Origin: Psammoneis japonica
Taxonomy: Eukaryota
Direction of reading: 5' to 3'
DNA length: 64,000 nt
NCBI GenBank assembly: GCA_008632985.1
Contig: QPGO01000100.1
Span: 238,388 to 302,387, forward strand
This document shows, in pieces, positions 63,118 to 64,000 of this stretch; positions within the stretch are counted from its first letter, which is position 1, and each line of letters starts with the position of its first letter. The notes under the pieces were generated by a model. The model was given only the letters and a program-made list of their open reading frames with translations, made no database searches and was not told the origin of the DNA. The position numbers were made by a program, and so were the translations under genes.

Positions 63118-63942
63118 CTACCGTGGAAAAGAACGCGTGACGAAAGCTCGATTCATCATTCGACGTTCAGCCTTTCCAAGCCAGTTCTTGACTCTGCGCG
63201 CAACAGACGCAGTGTCTGCTGAGCCATCCAGCAACCCAGATCTTTGTAAATTTCCAATCATGATGATGGATCCGATACATTCTAGTATGAAGTCCGAGTT
63301 GGCGCTATCGTGCGGAGAAGTCACACGAATGTACAAGTTGGAACGGTGACAGTCTTCACATTCTTTGAACTTTTGGATGAAGTACCGGACTCCCTGTTCA
63401 AAGTGTTTTGGTTTCCCTGCAAAGTCCCTGAATGGTCCCTGATCTTGAATGTCACTCGACAGAATCTTTTCCGCAAACGTATCCTTTTGATTCAGTATGA
63501 GGATTTTGGAAATCCCCTTTGCTTCTGGTGAATTGCACAGTCTCGCCCAACTCTCCAAGGTGCGAGCCATTCGATTCTTCCTTGCCGGTTTACTATCACT
63601 GTACTCTTTGCTGGAATCGCAGTATTCATCATAGTCGGCTAAGTCTGCAATGAACAAGACCGCGTCCCTGTTTGATAGATACTTGGTCCAGTCACCGTTC
63701 GATTGACTTGCAAACAAACGAGACACGTCGAGAAACTCAAGCTCAACTCCATCAATTAGGTACAAGTACCTATATTTGGTAATGGAATCTGAACTTGATT
63801 CAACTCTCTCGAACCGTCCATATCGTTGTCGTATCCCTTCAAAGAGTGCTGCTTGTGCTTTCGGATCTCCCATTCCGATTACGAGTATTCTGACTTTGTC
63901 CTGGTCCGGTTGCTCCAAGACATGCTCTTCCGGTGCAATCAT
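63118..63942 (-). CDS. Atypical truncated heterotrimeric G-protein alpha-like protein, copy 2
   Basis: AVLFIADLADYDE..., NRM..TLESW, ILILNQKDTFAEKI, FAGKPKHFEQGVRYFIQKFKEC and IIMIGNLQRSGLL match the G-alpha C-terminal half; P-loop and DVGGQ are degenerate. Confidence 0.8.
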   Translation of the reverse strand: MIAPEEHVLEQPDQDKVRILVIGMGDPKAQAALFEGIRQRYGRFERVESSSDSITKYRYLYLIDGVELEFLDVSRLFASQSNGDWTKYLSNRDAVLFIADLADYDEYCDSSKEYSDSKPARKNRMARTLESWARLCNSPEAKGISKILILNQKDTFAEKILSSDIQDQGPFRDFAGKPKHFEQGVRYFIQKFKECEDCHRSNLYIRVTSPHDSANSDFILECIGSIIMIGNLQRSGLLDGSADTASVARRVKNWLGKAERRMMNRAFVTRSFPR

Positions 63943-64000
63943 GGTTGCCAATTGTGCTTTCTCTATTTGCGTTTAATTCTATAAAGTGTCGCGGTAATGA

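Overview
Eukaryotic genomic DNA, most consistent with a pennate diatom. Supporting signs are short GT-AG introns, ShKT-prolyl 4-hydroxylase, DUF285/BspA-type and PTxxP-linker surface proteins, and stramenopile-type G-alpha C-termini. Gene-dense stretches (about 20 genes, several local duplicate pairs) alternate with three sharply bounded blocks (about 1-2350, 25200-36350, 50560-54780) that are almost free of TpA and heavily enriched in TpG/CpA. Blocks 1 and 2 have also lost CpG; block 3 has largely kept it. Recognisable pseudogenes in block 3 show Tyr->Cys/His changes, and repeat copies in block 2 differ by CA<->TG flips. Together these point to a region-targeted, context-specific TpA->TpG/CpA hypermutation process, distinct from ordinary 5mC decay and opposite in direction to fungal RIP. 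This is the main candidate novel system. Many otherwise intact genes carry single-base frameshifts, probably assembly indel errors. All calls are by eye, with no database search.
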